A stretch of 64,000 bases of DNA, from NCBI GenBank assembly GCA_017499595.2, contig CM039002.1, forward strand, positions 1,116,001 to 1,180,000, read 5' to 3'. This DNA comes from Psilocybe cubensis (Eukaryota). Below are positions 22,919 through 35,183 of this stretch, piece by piece. The notes under the pieces are model-generated. The model made no database searches. It worked only from the letters and a program-made list of their open reading frames with translations, and was not told where the DNA came from. Both the position numbers and the translations under genes were made by a program. Numbering within the stretch: position 1 is the first letter of the stretch; every line of letters begins with the position of its first letter.

Positions 22919-25820
22919 ATGCACCGCTGCCTCCGTTCAAGTCTTTCCCACTTCTCCAAAACACCTGGAGGAGCTACTTTTGGACATGCGCGTCGGAGCG
23001 CTTCTAGTGTTAATGCGCCATCTTCAATGCAGGCAGGGCCTTCAAAACACTCGCCGAAAACTCTACCTAAACCTGAGCGGCCGAAGGAACAAGTTGGAGT
23101 GGCAAAGAACACAAAGAACGACATTGTAAAACTGTATGACATGAAAAGGTCCTTGGATCCCGCTTTGGAAGAATCAGGGCAATTAGCTCAGATTATAGCT
23201 GAAGGTGAAGATGAAGACTCTTCGGAAATGGCTTTTTTACCTGGCACATTCGTTGAAATAAGGAAGTGCGTGATTACTCTCTTATGCCACTTACTCGTCG
23301 ATTTGATGTTTTCATGCAATTAGAAATGACCTTTCTGCTTATGGAATTGTGCTGGGAGAAGTAATTGAAGAACACAGATATGGCGTTTACACTCTGACGA
23401 CGAAAGGCATGATCATTAGCCATTTTCGTGCCGATGTTTACTTCGCTTTTCCAAACGTCATATCTGCGTCCCTGGCCGAGCGTTGCGATTTTAGCAACCC
23501 TACGGTAACTACAGAAAATAATTCCGCACGCGTAGAAGCCCTAAAAAAGCTGCGTGTATTGGTCGCCGAGGTTGAAAAGTATTCTGCGGGTATGTTGCAA
23601 CGGCCGATGAATGTGTACGTCGAGGTTATGTCAAACGACAAGACCAAATGGTCAACAACAACGGTATCGCACGTTGCCAATTTATTGTACGAACGCCCTA
23701 GCTTCATGGATTTTTACATGACACACAAGATGCTCATGGACCAACCACTTTATTATATCGCCAAGCCAGGTTACCTTAAAAATCAAGCATTCGCAGTACG
23801 GCCGCGACAGCAGGTAGAAGAGATAGAAACAGTGACTCGGTACATATACGATCATCGCATAAGCAGGTCCGACCAGCAAACACATTTCAAGAGGTTCGTT
23901 TCAAAGGCTTCAAAAGTGGTCAAGGAGTTCGAAAGGAGGAGGGATTCTGGACCGATCAGTCAGGAGAAAATTGAGGTGGAATGGGATGTAGAGGACCGAA
24001 TCTTCATTAATTTCCTCATCCGTTCGTTACAACCTCATCGATCCAACCAATTGGACCCCTACACAATGGGACGCACTGAAATCGTCAGAGCCATTTTCCA
24101 ACCAACAGAGCCAGTCAACGACGACATGACTCACCAACTTCTCATCAAGCTGGGTATCTTCGCACCATGGCACGACCTTCACGAATTCGTACCTTTTCTT
24201 AATCCCTGGGGTGACCTATATTCAAACAAGCACACCATCGAGACTGAAGCCAACGAAATTTTGAAGCTGTCGCACGCATCAACAGCTACAACAGGCTCTG
24301 TACTCGGTCCCATGGACCTCATCCCTTCGGATCCTCTGGAATCTGTTCGCCACGATTTTGGAAATGCTCGGGTGTTCGTCATCGATGACTTGACTGCACA
24401 AGAACTCGACGACGGTTTCTCCGTGGAGCGTATACCCTCTGAACCCGACAATTGCTGGATCCATGTTCACATCGCAGATCCTGCAAGCGTTATACACCCA
24501 AACCACGCTTTGGTCAAATTGGCACGTCAGCGGGGGTCCTCGTATTACCTTGCCCACAAAACGATCCCCCTCTTTCCGGTTGCCCTAGTCCACGATCCTA
24601 AATACTCGCTGTCACTCCAATCGCGTGACGGCGAATCTACCCGTGTTTTGACTTTCAGTACTAAAGTCGACAAAGACGGCAATATCCTAGACTACAAAGT
24701 ACGCGGAGGTCTCATTCGTAACGTCAAAAAAATCAGTTATGACGAAGTTGATATGGCCATCGGTCATGGCCTGGTCAAAAGATCGTTGCCATTTGGTGGT
24801 ACAATACCCTCCATCTCCGTGCCCACATCGCTGGATGAGGCCGACCTCGCAGATATTAAACTTGCTCAACAAGTGGCCCAAGGGCAGATACGTCGTCGTA
24901 TGAAGAAGGATGTTTTCATTTATGACGATCACTCTGCTCATGTTAGGTGGGACAGCACTATCCCTCCCAATATTGTTAGCCCAACTTTGGGGAGTAACTT
25001 ATATCATGGGTACCCTGACATGACATACGAAGTTTATACGATTGAAGAGTATGAATCTGGTTCCCGTTTGATTATAGCAGAGATGATGAAGTTGGCGAAT
25101 CGGACAGCATCGCGAGTGGTACGCGACCACAATCTACCTGTATTACGACGCACCATGGATCCTCCCATATTCAGCAACCCCGAAAGCAAACAAGAGATCA
25201 TGGACTTGCGATCACCTTCGGGGCATGTTTTGATGCAAGAAGTCGCGAAGCGCGTCGACCTCAATCCCGTCGGGATGTTCTGTTTGGAGCCGAAGCAGCA
25301 CTACGCTCTCGGGATTGAGGAAGGGGATGGTTATGCCCGTGCGACATCGCCTCTGCGCCGGTTCGAAGACATCGTGTGCCATTGGCAGCTACACCACATT
25401 CTGCTTGGATCCCAATCCCCGCGAGCGCCATTTTCTGTCGCCGACATCGAAGCCATTCTCGGGGACACGGAGATGGCGTTTCAACAGCAAAAAGTTGTCA
25501 ACAAAAGCATAAAGCTATTTTATTCCCTGATGTACATCAAGAGGTTTGCGGATGACGTTGCGAAAGGCATACGTGATCCCGGTCCAGTGGATCCTCTAGC
25601 TTCGATGTCGGCCTGGACGAAGAATACACCCCGGGTGGTGACAAATACGTCCCAGATGTCTTTGTCGGTAAACGTACCCCACCTGGGCGTGACGGCGCAA
25701 GTGGACGACCTTCCATTCAGCATGAGGAACCTTCCTGTCGGCAGTGAGTTGCGCGTCAAGTTCAAGTCAATTGATCTGGGTATCAAGAGGACAAAGATGG
25801 TTGTGTCGCTCGAGCAGTGA
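22919..25820 (+). CDS. Mitochondrial RNase II/RNB-family exoribonuclease (Dss1/Cyt-4-like)
   Basis: FVIDDLTAQELDDGFS, WIHVHIADPA, IIAEMMKLAN, YARATSPLRRFEDIVCHWQL; presequence-like N-terminus; one intron at ~23266-23323. Confidence 0.88.
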
Positions 25821-26625
25821 AGGCTCCTCTCGTAGTTGTATTTGGTTGGAGGGGATTTTTCGGTGCTGTGAACCCAGATCGCAGGGCGGCAAATCATCGA
25901 TTCAGACTGGGAATTTATATAATACATGTAGTATAATCATTGTTCTATAGATGTAGGCTCTCTACCAACTTGATACCTAATCATAATAACCCCAGCTTTC
26001 TATTGTTACGCCGGTCATTGCTCTACCAAACAAAGTTGGGGAATCCGACAATACTATATTATATTTCGCTTTTTGCGAAGTTGGATACTATCGTTTGTTG
26101 ACCGTCATCGCCTGGGTTTGGTACGATTGCAGTTCAACAAAGTGGTAGTGGGTCGGTGGTTAAGCGGCTTCAATTGGAGTCGGGGAAAGCCCTCACCAAT
26201 AAAATTTTGAATAACCAAGCAATTTCACTATGTGTTCTTGACAAATAGCTTAAACCAGAGAAGACACACGACACCGTCCTTAAATAGTACAAAAGTGAGA
26301 TTTGGAAAGCGAAAACAGCAAAAGGTAAAAGAAAAGACAGACAGAGGAACAGATGGGTTTTGTAACTGCATGGTAAAGATTTAGAGTCCATTTGACTGTC
26401 TACCATTGAATGTCCACCACATAAAACTCACTAACCAGAAGAAAATCTTTGACCCAATGCAAAATCAACCGATGGTGGTCATATCGTCGAATTATGATGA
26501 CATAACGAAGTCGCCAGATTAATTAGGGCAATATCAGTTCGAAAGGCGACGGGACTTACGGCGACACGTTGTTATTGTTGGTAGTGCTGCCGCCACAGCG
26601 CAGTGCAGTGACAGTGCAGCGTATT

Positions 26626-28290
26626 TCAGTCCGCAAGTATAGCTTGGCAGGACTGAGCTAGCTGATTCGGCAGTCTGCCAAAATCTACCACATGAAATTC
26701 GGTCTGGTGCTTGTATCTGTCATCGTAGCCAGTAAATATAGAAACACATCTCCCAATATTGTCATCAGCGATGAGATAGGAGATGACCTCGATGTTTGTC
26801 AACCTGTCTTGACGGAGTACTACAGGCTCCTTGGACGTCGTGAAGGATGAATACTCCAAAATACGAAGTGTGTGAAGACGAACAAGCGCAATTGTACGCT
26901 TCGCACCGACGTAAGTGGCTCCTTGATGCATATTGGCCCATTCGTTTCGATAAATAATATTCATAGACGGTGGGGCGCCAGGTGGGGACACATAGTCAAA
27001 TGCCAACATCGACACCAACGCGTATTGGCCGATGATGATGTATGCCCGTGACCCGGTGAAGAAACAGCTGAAGGGCCAGTCACAACTTGGTCCTTTTATA
27101 TTCCAGATTGGCTGATAAGAACATATAGGTAGTTCCGGCGTATAATTCCCTTCAGGTATAGATAAGTAGTCGTAAAGTTTGTAATTCCCATATTCTGTAA
27201 CGAGGATTTTGCCCGTTGGCAGGAGCTGTACGCATGCCTGTTGTTGCAACAAAATCAATAAATGTTCCATGGTAGGATGGAGAACCGTACTTGGTATTCT
27301 AACCTGTCGACCACCCGGAATGGATAATGCAGAGGGTTTTCGTGAGCCTGTTGCCAATTGATAATGCGTAGTAGACAGGGTTCGTAGGAACGTGAAAGGG
27401 ACACTAAATATGTGATACACGCTAGATTTGATCCAAGAAGAGAGAACATGGGCACACCGTTCACTTCCACACCAAATGGAAACCAAGCAATCTGTGTAGC
27501 AATGAGGCCAATTACATGCCTAGTATCATCCAGGATGGCTTCGACATTCCATATTTTGCATATACAACGATTTCCTTGAAATTTATGAGATTCCATCTCG
27601 AGCGCATCTCGTGATTGGTAGCAAAACGCAATGTTGAATTTCAGAAATGGAGCGTCCATGTCGTAGTCGATAGTTGACGTAATAACGGCTTCTTCACTCT
27701 GTGCTGGGATGAGCTCGACGGCGACAGACATCTCTGCATCGAGGTCGTAATATTGCACGGCCCCTGTTTGCTGTATGCTCAATAGCCAGCGCCCTCCTGT
27801 AATAAGACATACAGAGTGGGTCTTTGGTCCCATAAACGTACGTTCTTGGGGAGTAATAAATTTGTCGGATCCAAAAGCAAGATCTGCACTTTTCCATCGA
27901 AGGAATAGACACTCGAGCTCCTGAGAGGAATGCGACGCGAGTGGTCGCTCTGTCTTTGGCGGCATGAAGCTTGTTACAAGGTATTCATCGACAAGTCTTT
28001 TCCAAATGGCCCGAGACGTAGTTACACCGGCAAGATATTTACATGTCTAAATTTCCGGTTTGAGGCGTGTAGCAAGCTACAAATGACGTTGTCCACATAC
28101 TTGTCGTACGAGTAACACTTCTCTCCATTCCAAAAATTTGAGAATTTCAATAATCAGTTCAACAGGTATTCTGAAGATATATGGACGCGTCTTCTGTGCT
28201 AACTCATGTGAGTTATGAAGTTACTATATCATAAATGGAGAAGCTAACCAGAAGAAAATCTTTGACCCAATACAAAATCCACTGATGCAT
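26626..28290 (-). CDS. F-box protein, array copy 3
   Basis: Same 4-exon structure; ORFs 27255-27965 and 26626-27486. Ends ..ILAD* (two residues shorter than the others). Confidence 0.85.
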
Positions 28291-28557
28291 ACTACCGAGA
28301 ATTCTAGTGGTCGTATCGTCGAATTATGATGACATGAAAAAGTCACCAGTTTAACTAGGGCAGTATCAGTTCGAAAGGCGACGGGACTTGTGTCGACACA
28401 GTTGATGTTAGTGTTGGTTTGCTGGCAATCAAATTTGGATCTCCGAATTCCGAAGCATTACAATTTACTTGATAATAATGTATAAGGCAGATCATTTCGT
28501 TAGTACGAGGAAGCATATTTTCCTATATAGATTATCCATTATGCATAAGATTTATCT

Positions 28558-30228
28558 TTACAGACAGTCCGCAAGTATAGCTTGGCAGGACTGAGCTAGC
28601 TGATTCGGCAGCCTGCCAAAATCCACCACATGAAATTCGGTCTGGTGCTTGTATTTGTTATCGTAGCCATTAAATATACAAACACATCTCCCAATATTGT
28701 CATCAGCGATGAGGTAGGAGATGATGTTGATGTTCGTCACCCCTTCTTGACGGAGTACTACCGGCTCCTTGGACGTTGTGAAGGATGAATAATCCAAAAT
28801 ACGAAGTGTGTGAAGACGAACAAGTGCAATTGTACGCTTCGCACCAACGTAAGTGCCTTTTTCTTGTAGAAGGACCGTTTTGTCTCGATAAACGATATTC
28901 ATAGACGGTGGGGTGCCACTTGGGGACACATAGTCAAATGCCAGCATCGACACCAACGCGTATTCGCCGATGATGACATATGCCCGTGACCCGGTGAAGA
29001 AACAGCTGAAGGGCCAGTCACAACTTGGTCCTTTTATATTCCAGATTGGCTGATAGGAACATATAGGTTGTTCCGGCGTATAATTCCCTTCAGGTATAGT
29101 TAAGTAGTCGTAAAGTTTGTAATTCCCATATTCCGTAACAAGGATTTTGCCCGTTGGCAGGAGCTGTACGCATGCCTGTTGTTTCAACAAAATCAATAAA
29201 TGTTCCATGGTGGAATGGAGAACCGTACTTGGCGTTCTAACCTCTCAACCACCCGGAATGGATAATGCAGAGGGTTTTCGTGAGCCTGTTGCCAATTGAT
29301 AATGCGTAGTAGACAGGGTTCGTAGGAACGTGAAAGAGACATTATATATGCGATACACGCTAGATTTGACCCAAGAAGAGAGAGCATGGGCACACCGTTC
29401 ACTTCCACACCAAATGGAAACCAAGCAATCCGTGTAGCAATGAGGCCAATTACATGCCTAGTATCATCCAGGATGGCTTCGACATTCCATATTTTGCATA
29501 TACAACGATTTCCTTGAAATTTATAAGATTCCATTTTGCCCGCATCTTGTGTTCGGTGGCAAAACGCAATATTGAATTTCAGAAATGGAGCGTCCATGTC
29601 GTAGTCGATAGTTGATGTAATAACGGCTTCTTCACTCTGTGCTGGGATGAGCTCGACGGCGACAGACATCTCTGCATCGAGGTCGTAATATTGCACGGCC
29701 CCTGTTTGCTGTATGCTCAATAGCCAGCGCCCTCCTGTAATAAGACGTACGGAGTAAGTCTTGGGTCCCATAAACGTACGTTCTTGCGGAGTAATAAATT
29801 TGTCGGATCCAAAAGCAAGGTCTGCACTTTTCCATCGAAGGAATAGACACTCGAGCTCCTGAGAGGAATGCGACGCGAGTGGTCGCTCTGTTTTTGGCGG
29901 CATGAAGCTTGTTACAAGGTATTCATTGACAAGTCTTTTCCAAATGGCCCGAGACGTGGTTACACCGGCAAGATATTTACATGTCTAGATTTCGGGTTTT
30001 AGGCATGTAGTAAGGTATAAATGACGTTGTCCACATACCTGTCGTACGAGTAACACTTCTCTCCATTCCAAAAATTTAAGAATTTCAATAATTAGTTCAA
30101 CAGGTATTCTGAATATATGTGGACGCGTCTTCTGTGCTAACTCATGTGAGTTATGAAGTTACTATATCATAAATGAAGAAACTAACCAGAAGAAAATCTT
30201 TGACCCAATGCAAAATCCACTGATGCAT
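28558..30228 (-). CDS. F-box protein, array copy 4
   Basis: Same 4-exon structure; ORFs 29193-29903 and 28558-29208. Confidence 0.85.
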
Positions 30229-30562
30229 ACTACCGAAAATTCTAGTGGTCGTATCGTCGAATTATGATGACATAAAAAAGTCACCAGTTTAACTAGGGCA
30301 GTATCAGTTCGAAAGGCGACGGGGACTTGTGTCGACACAGTTGCAACACAGTTGATGTTATTGTTGGTTTGCTGGCAATCAAATTTGGATCTCCGAATTC
30401 CGGCAGCGAGTTTATTTTTGGATGATTTATGTGTTCACGTGCTCACGACGGTCCTCTGACGGACAATCCCGGACACCTTATTCCGCTCAACGACGTCGAC
30501 CACGACGAGCTCACCTAAACCCATTTTTCGGCTCGTCAAGGCTATAGCCTAACAGCTTCGGG

Positions 30563-32700
30563 ATGTATCGAGCTCTCCCTGTGTCGCGGCAGGCCGCCTC
30601 GACTTCCAACAGACAAGCTGTCAGAGTCATTAGACGGGTAAAGTTCAAGTATCCTTGTTAAATATCCAATCTTGACTATATATCCTTTGTAGCACCTGGC
30701 CACGGATACCACAACCCCGCCAAAGAAAAGCAAAGTACTTCGCCGCATTATTTTGACTACTGCTGGCTTAACTGGTACATTCTACGTTGGGAGCGCGTTC
30801 CTCGCGTTTAATAACCAGGCCTACTACGACATCTTCTCTGAACAAGTGCCTCTCGGTCAATCTGTGCTCGACTTCGGTGAGAGCCAAGGTTGGGACACTT
30901 TGACTGTCGGTGATGTCATCAATGGGACTACTGGGTTGGTTGTCACCACATACAATTTCGCGAAAGATATGATAAATGGAACCACGCCAGAAAAAAACAA
31001 GGCACCAGTTGAAACGAAATCTGCGGAACCCAAGTCCCCCTTCAAAGTGGTTAAACAGACGACTTCAGCCAAAATTGAACCTGCTGTACAGCAGGTGAAG
31101 AAAGAGGTTGAAGAAGTCAAGGAAGCTGTAAAGGAGGCGGCTGTCAAGGTGGAAGATGTAGCGAAGGAGGTCACCGACAAAGCTCGTATTGAATACCAAG
31201 ACTTAGTGAAGAGAGCGGAGGCTGCCATTGCTGGAGCCTCTAAAGACGGCAACCCCCCCAGCGTCATCACCATCGAGACCACAGAAGAGGAAGAAATCCC
31301 CCCTCCATCCTCCAAAAATGTTTATGATCGTCCCCTTCCCCTTGGGTTCGAGCCTCCTCCAGGATTCTCTCGCCCCGCACCTCCCCCCAAGCCCAAAGTG
31401 ACTGAAGCTGAAGCCCAAACACCTGTACCTGAACCCGAGCCAGTTGAACTTCCTTTAGTAGCGCCAGTTGTTGCCACTGCTTCAGAACCTATCATCACAC
31501 ATTTGGCCGGTACAATTGATAACCTTGCCAGTTTTTTGAAGTCGGATCCTAAAGCTGCTCAACAAGCTGGAGACGTTCTAGAAACTGCCAAAGGTGACTT
31601 GGCCGCCCTTGTAGATCGAATGGAGGCTGTCAAAGAACAGGAACGGGCTGCTTTGGAGGCGAAAATGGACGAGCAAACTCGGGAGTATAGCCTCAAACTT
31701 TTGGAACTGGAGATGGAAGCCCAGGATAAATTGGACCATCAAGAAGAAGGTTTCAAGCAACTCTTTGAACAGGAGCGCGCGAGTTTCGTACAGGCTTATC
31801 GGGAGAAGCTGGAACACGAACTCAAGGTTCAGACAGAGTTGATCAACGAACGGTAAACCGTTTTATGCGTTTGTCAAACTTTTGTCCTGATGCTTTAAAT
31901 TAGATTGAAGGAAGAGGTCATTGCCCAAGGAATTGAACTACAAAGACGCTGGATTCGAGAGATCAAAGTTCGCGTTGAACAAGAAAGAGGAGGCAGGCTT
32001 GCCAAATTGGACGAGCTTTCTGCCAACTTAAAACGCCTGGAAAGCATTGCTCTCATCAACTCTGCTCACCTCGACGAGAACATCCGTGTCCATTCACTTT
32101 GGTCCGCCATTCGCGCTCTTACGAACAGCGCTATTTCCTCCCCGGTGCGAAAACCTTTCCGAGATGAGCTCCGTGTACTCCGGCATATCACTGCGGCGAG
32201 GGAGGATCCTGTCGTTTCTGTCGTTCTTGATTCCCTGGAAAGCACTGATGTTCCTGATGTCGGCGTGGAACCATTGGCTGATCTTGCGACCTGGTTCACC
32301 AACGAGGTGGCCCCAAAAGTATCACAGGTTGCGTTGGTACCTGACGAAAATGCTGGCGTTTTGTCTTACCTCGCCAGCCGTGCTCTTTCGGGCCTCCGCT
32401 TTAAGCGCCAAGGACTCATCCCTGGTGATGACGTGCTGAGTGTTCTGGCTAGAGCCGAGTATTACCTGAACGAGAAGAACCTGGACAGTGCCGCACGTGA
32501 ACTAAATCAGCTCAAGGGGCCCGCAAAGGTTTTGCTACATGACTGGCTGGAAGCCGCCCGACGGAGACTAGAGGTCCAGCAGGCATTAGAGGTGAGCTCA
32601 CAAAATAGAATAATTTACAGGTGTCCAAGTTACTCAAATAATAAATTACAAATAGGTGGTCCAGACGCAAGCCACATTGGCTTCGCTTCTTGTCGTATAG
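30563..32700 (+). CDS. MIC60: MICOS subunit Mic60 / mitofilin
   Basis: Presequence MYRALPVSRQAA, TM segment, YYDIFSEQVPLG, coiled coil, VEQERGGRLAKLDEL, mitofilin domain DVLSVLARAEYYLNEKNLDSAARELNQLKG..DWLEAARRRLEVQQALEV. Confidence 0.93.
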
Positions 32701-32786
32701 ATGGAGTAATGCAGACTTTATAGAGACTTGAGATAATATGGTTATCCAAAGTGTGAAGAATCCGGTTTGAGCAGCAAACATCCTCC

Positions 32787-34396
32787 TCAAAAATAACTGG
32801 GTTGCATTGTTGTTCCTCCTATCATCGGAGATTGCCCGACAGTTTGTGGGTAGTCGTTCAATTGTTGAGGTTCGTAAGTTTGCTGAGGTTCATAGGCTGG
32901 TTGTTGGGGCTCATACGCTGGCTGCTGAGGTTCGTATGCCGGTTGTTGAGGTTCGTAAGACTGAATTGATTGAACTGATTGCTGAGGGTCGTATGGGGTA
33001 GCTGCCAAAGTCGGGACTGCAGATCCGCCCATTGCACATTCGCAGATCACTTGCGCGCGTCTAACAACAGTCTATAGAAATGAGGAGAGATCAGTGTCAC
33101 TGAAATTGAGTTGTTGAATTGAATCGAAAATAACTAACCTGCACAGTTTCCTCCATACCCGGCACGCTGGCTACTCGAGATACCTTTACCAGTCCAGGGA
33201 ATATAGTTGCTCCCACTCGATCCGACTCTCCTCTTTCACTTCTCAAACACCGCTTTACCAGCTCAATTTGACGGGGGTATAAGACACTTCCCAACTCAGG
33301 GACGAAAGCTCGGTAAAAAGCGTCGTTGGAAGGCGACCCAGACGCATGCAGCATGCGCGAAAATGCGTAGGCTGACTCTAGGATCGAGACCCCTCCAGAT
33401 GCCGGAATCTTTCCATTGAGCGCCTTCATCAACTCGGGTATCTGCTCGTACAAGATGCTCAGCGACATGTCGGGTGTACAAGTGTCTACGGCGGCGGAGA
33501 AGGTCTGCCGTCTCCATACACTCGCCACAGTCGGATCGCCTGTAAAAAAAGATGCAAAAAAGCCGGAGTGAGTCAAAGGCCAGAAGCCGAAAAGACAGGC
33601 CTCCTTGGGCGAAGTAAAAGACCTTCGCGGAGTATAGTAACAATATACGCACGTGCAAAGATATGTTCATGGATCCGTGTTAGCTGGATGTTTGCCTCCG
33701 TAGAATTGGTGACAATGAGGCAATTGATGATGCCTTCAGAAACGGTTTCGGCCATCGCGTGACGGAGGTAGCTTTGGACCTGCATCGGCGTCGTTTCTAC
33801 GTGTGATACGTCTAAACCGCTGACGACGTCGTTCAGAATTGCAGCGCATAGCTCAGGCAGAGTCACCGGAGGCGCTCGTATGACATCCGCCGCCCATCGG
33901 TTGATCAGCTTGTCCAGTTGAGATGCTGAGTTCTGCAAACACCGGAACGGATATAACAGGACATTGTGGAGGTTAAATGAGGTCAATGGGAGGAGCGTCG
34001 AGAGGGAGAAGATTGTGTCAGTTTACCCGGGTGAGAGGGCGGTCCATGGCGCGTTTAGAGTAATGAATACATACGCACCTTAATTGAGAAATCGTCAACT
34101 GTGTTCCCATTCTGGCTCCCAATCGTAGGATTAGATCCTCCTTCTAGCAGTGCTATCCGGGCGCGAAGGGCAGCGACTTGAGCTTCTTGCTCCTCCAGCT
34201 GCTTGCGTTGCTGTTCGACCTTTTCGTGGGCAATGCGCTGGGAAGGGTAAGATGATAACGCAAGTCAGTCGACATGGCGCTGATAGCAATGACTAATACT
34301 CACAAAGTTCGTCAATGCGTATCGATACTGATCTCCCGAAACAACATCGGGCTGCGCGAGTTGTTGAACATAAGGTGAGCTCTGCTGGTATGCCAT
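32787..34396 (-). CDS. Hypothetical multi-exon protein with N-terminal coiled coil and C-terminal YEPQQPA repeats
   Basis: MAYQQSSPY.., QQRKQLEEQEAQVAALRARIALLE, NSASQLDKLINRWAADV, EGIINCLIVTNS, VWRRQTFSAAV, FPGLVKV; canonical introns join ORFs 33573-33986, 33097-33576 and 32787-33050. Confidence 0.75.
32862..32958 (-). repeat. Coding ~21-bp tandem repeat, about five copies of YEPQQ(PA)
   Basis: YEPQQPAYEPQQPAYEPQQPAYEPQQTYEPQQ in ORF 32787-33050. Confidence 0.9.
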
Positions 34397-35183
34397 CTAA
34401 TCCAGGAACGAAAAACGAGAAAAAAAACAATCTAGTCCACAGGGTCGTATCAAAAAGCAAGATGACAAAAAACAAAATAGAAATGTAAGAATGCAGAAAG
34501 CGGTCGGATATGCGAAAATCAACGACTCGGAAAGCTCAAGGGGGGTATAGGGAAGTTTGGTATCGAGTTACCCAGGTTCAAGCTAGTCTGTAAGCCTTTA
34601 TATCATACCCTTGATATTACTCCTGTCAACTCCCCTTCGGGTGCATTTACGTGAATCCGTTTCGAGTTGCTGTTTAAAATGAACAACGGGGCCGAAGTAG
34701 TACGGTTTTTGTCAGGAAGGTCCAGGAGGGGCGGTCATAACTCTTGATTTCGTTTCATCAACATCCTCTCAACAGCCTCAGTCAAAAGACGTGCCAACAG
34801 CCAAACTGGGTAATCCTTTTCCTCTTGGTTTGTTCAGAGTTCGTGATCACTCACGGGTAAATGGATAAAACATAAAACATATCCGACTCGCGGATATTTT
34901 CCTCACAGTGCTTATTTTAATTTAAGACTCTGATGGGTAGTAAGTATAGTCACTTCTGAGTGTATACCTATGAAAACCAGATGTATAAATGCGGTAATAT
35001 CATGTACTAACATGTCTCCCAGTACCGCGAATTTGGATATACTACGCAGACGTGAAGCCCCGAGTTAAACCCAACAGAACGCGACACCCGCAAAAAAGAG
35101 GCGCAACCATTTTCCCTTCGTTATACACCCAACTTCGCTGCGCAACAACGGGAGAACTTCAAGAAACACAGCCCTATGGAACC

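Larger units (their letters stand above)
26420..30402 (-). repeat. Tandem array, right arm (inverted relative to the left arm): two F-box units plus the 5' remnant of another at ~26428-26582
   Basis: Reverse complement closely matches 7625-11501. Similarity stops at 30402 (ctccgaattccg|gcagc). Confidence 0.95.

Noticed and set aside
7522-30402. Inverted arms as terminal inverted repeats of a giant DNA transposon
   Set aside because: The arms are spliced F-box genes, their outer ends are not equivalent, and no transposase or TSD is visible. An inversion explains the pattern better.
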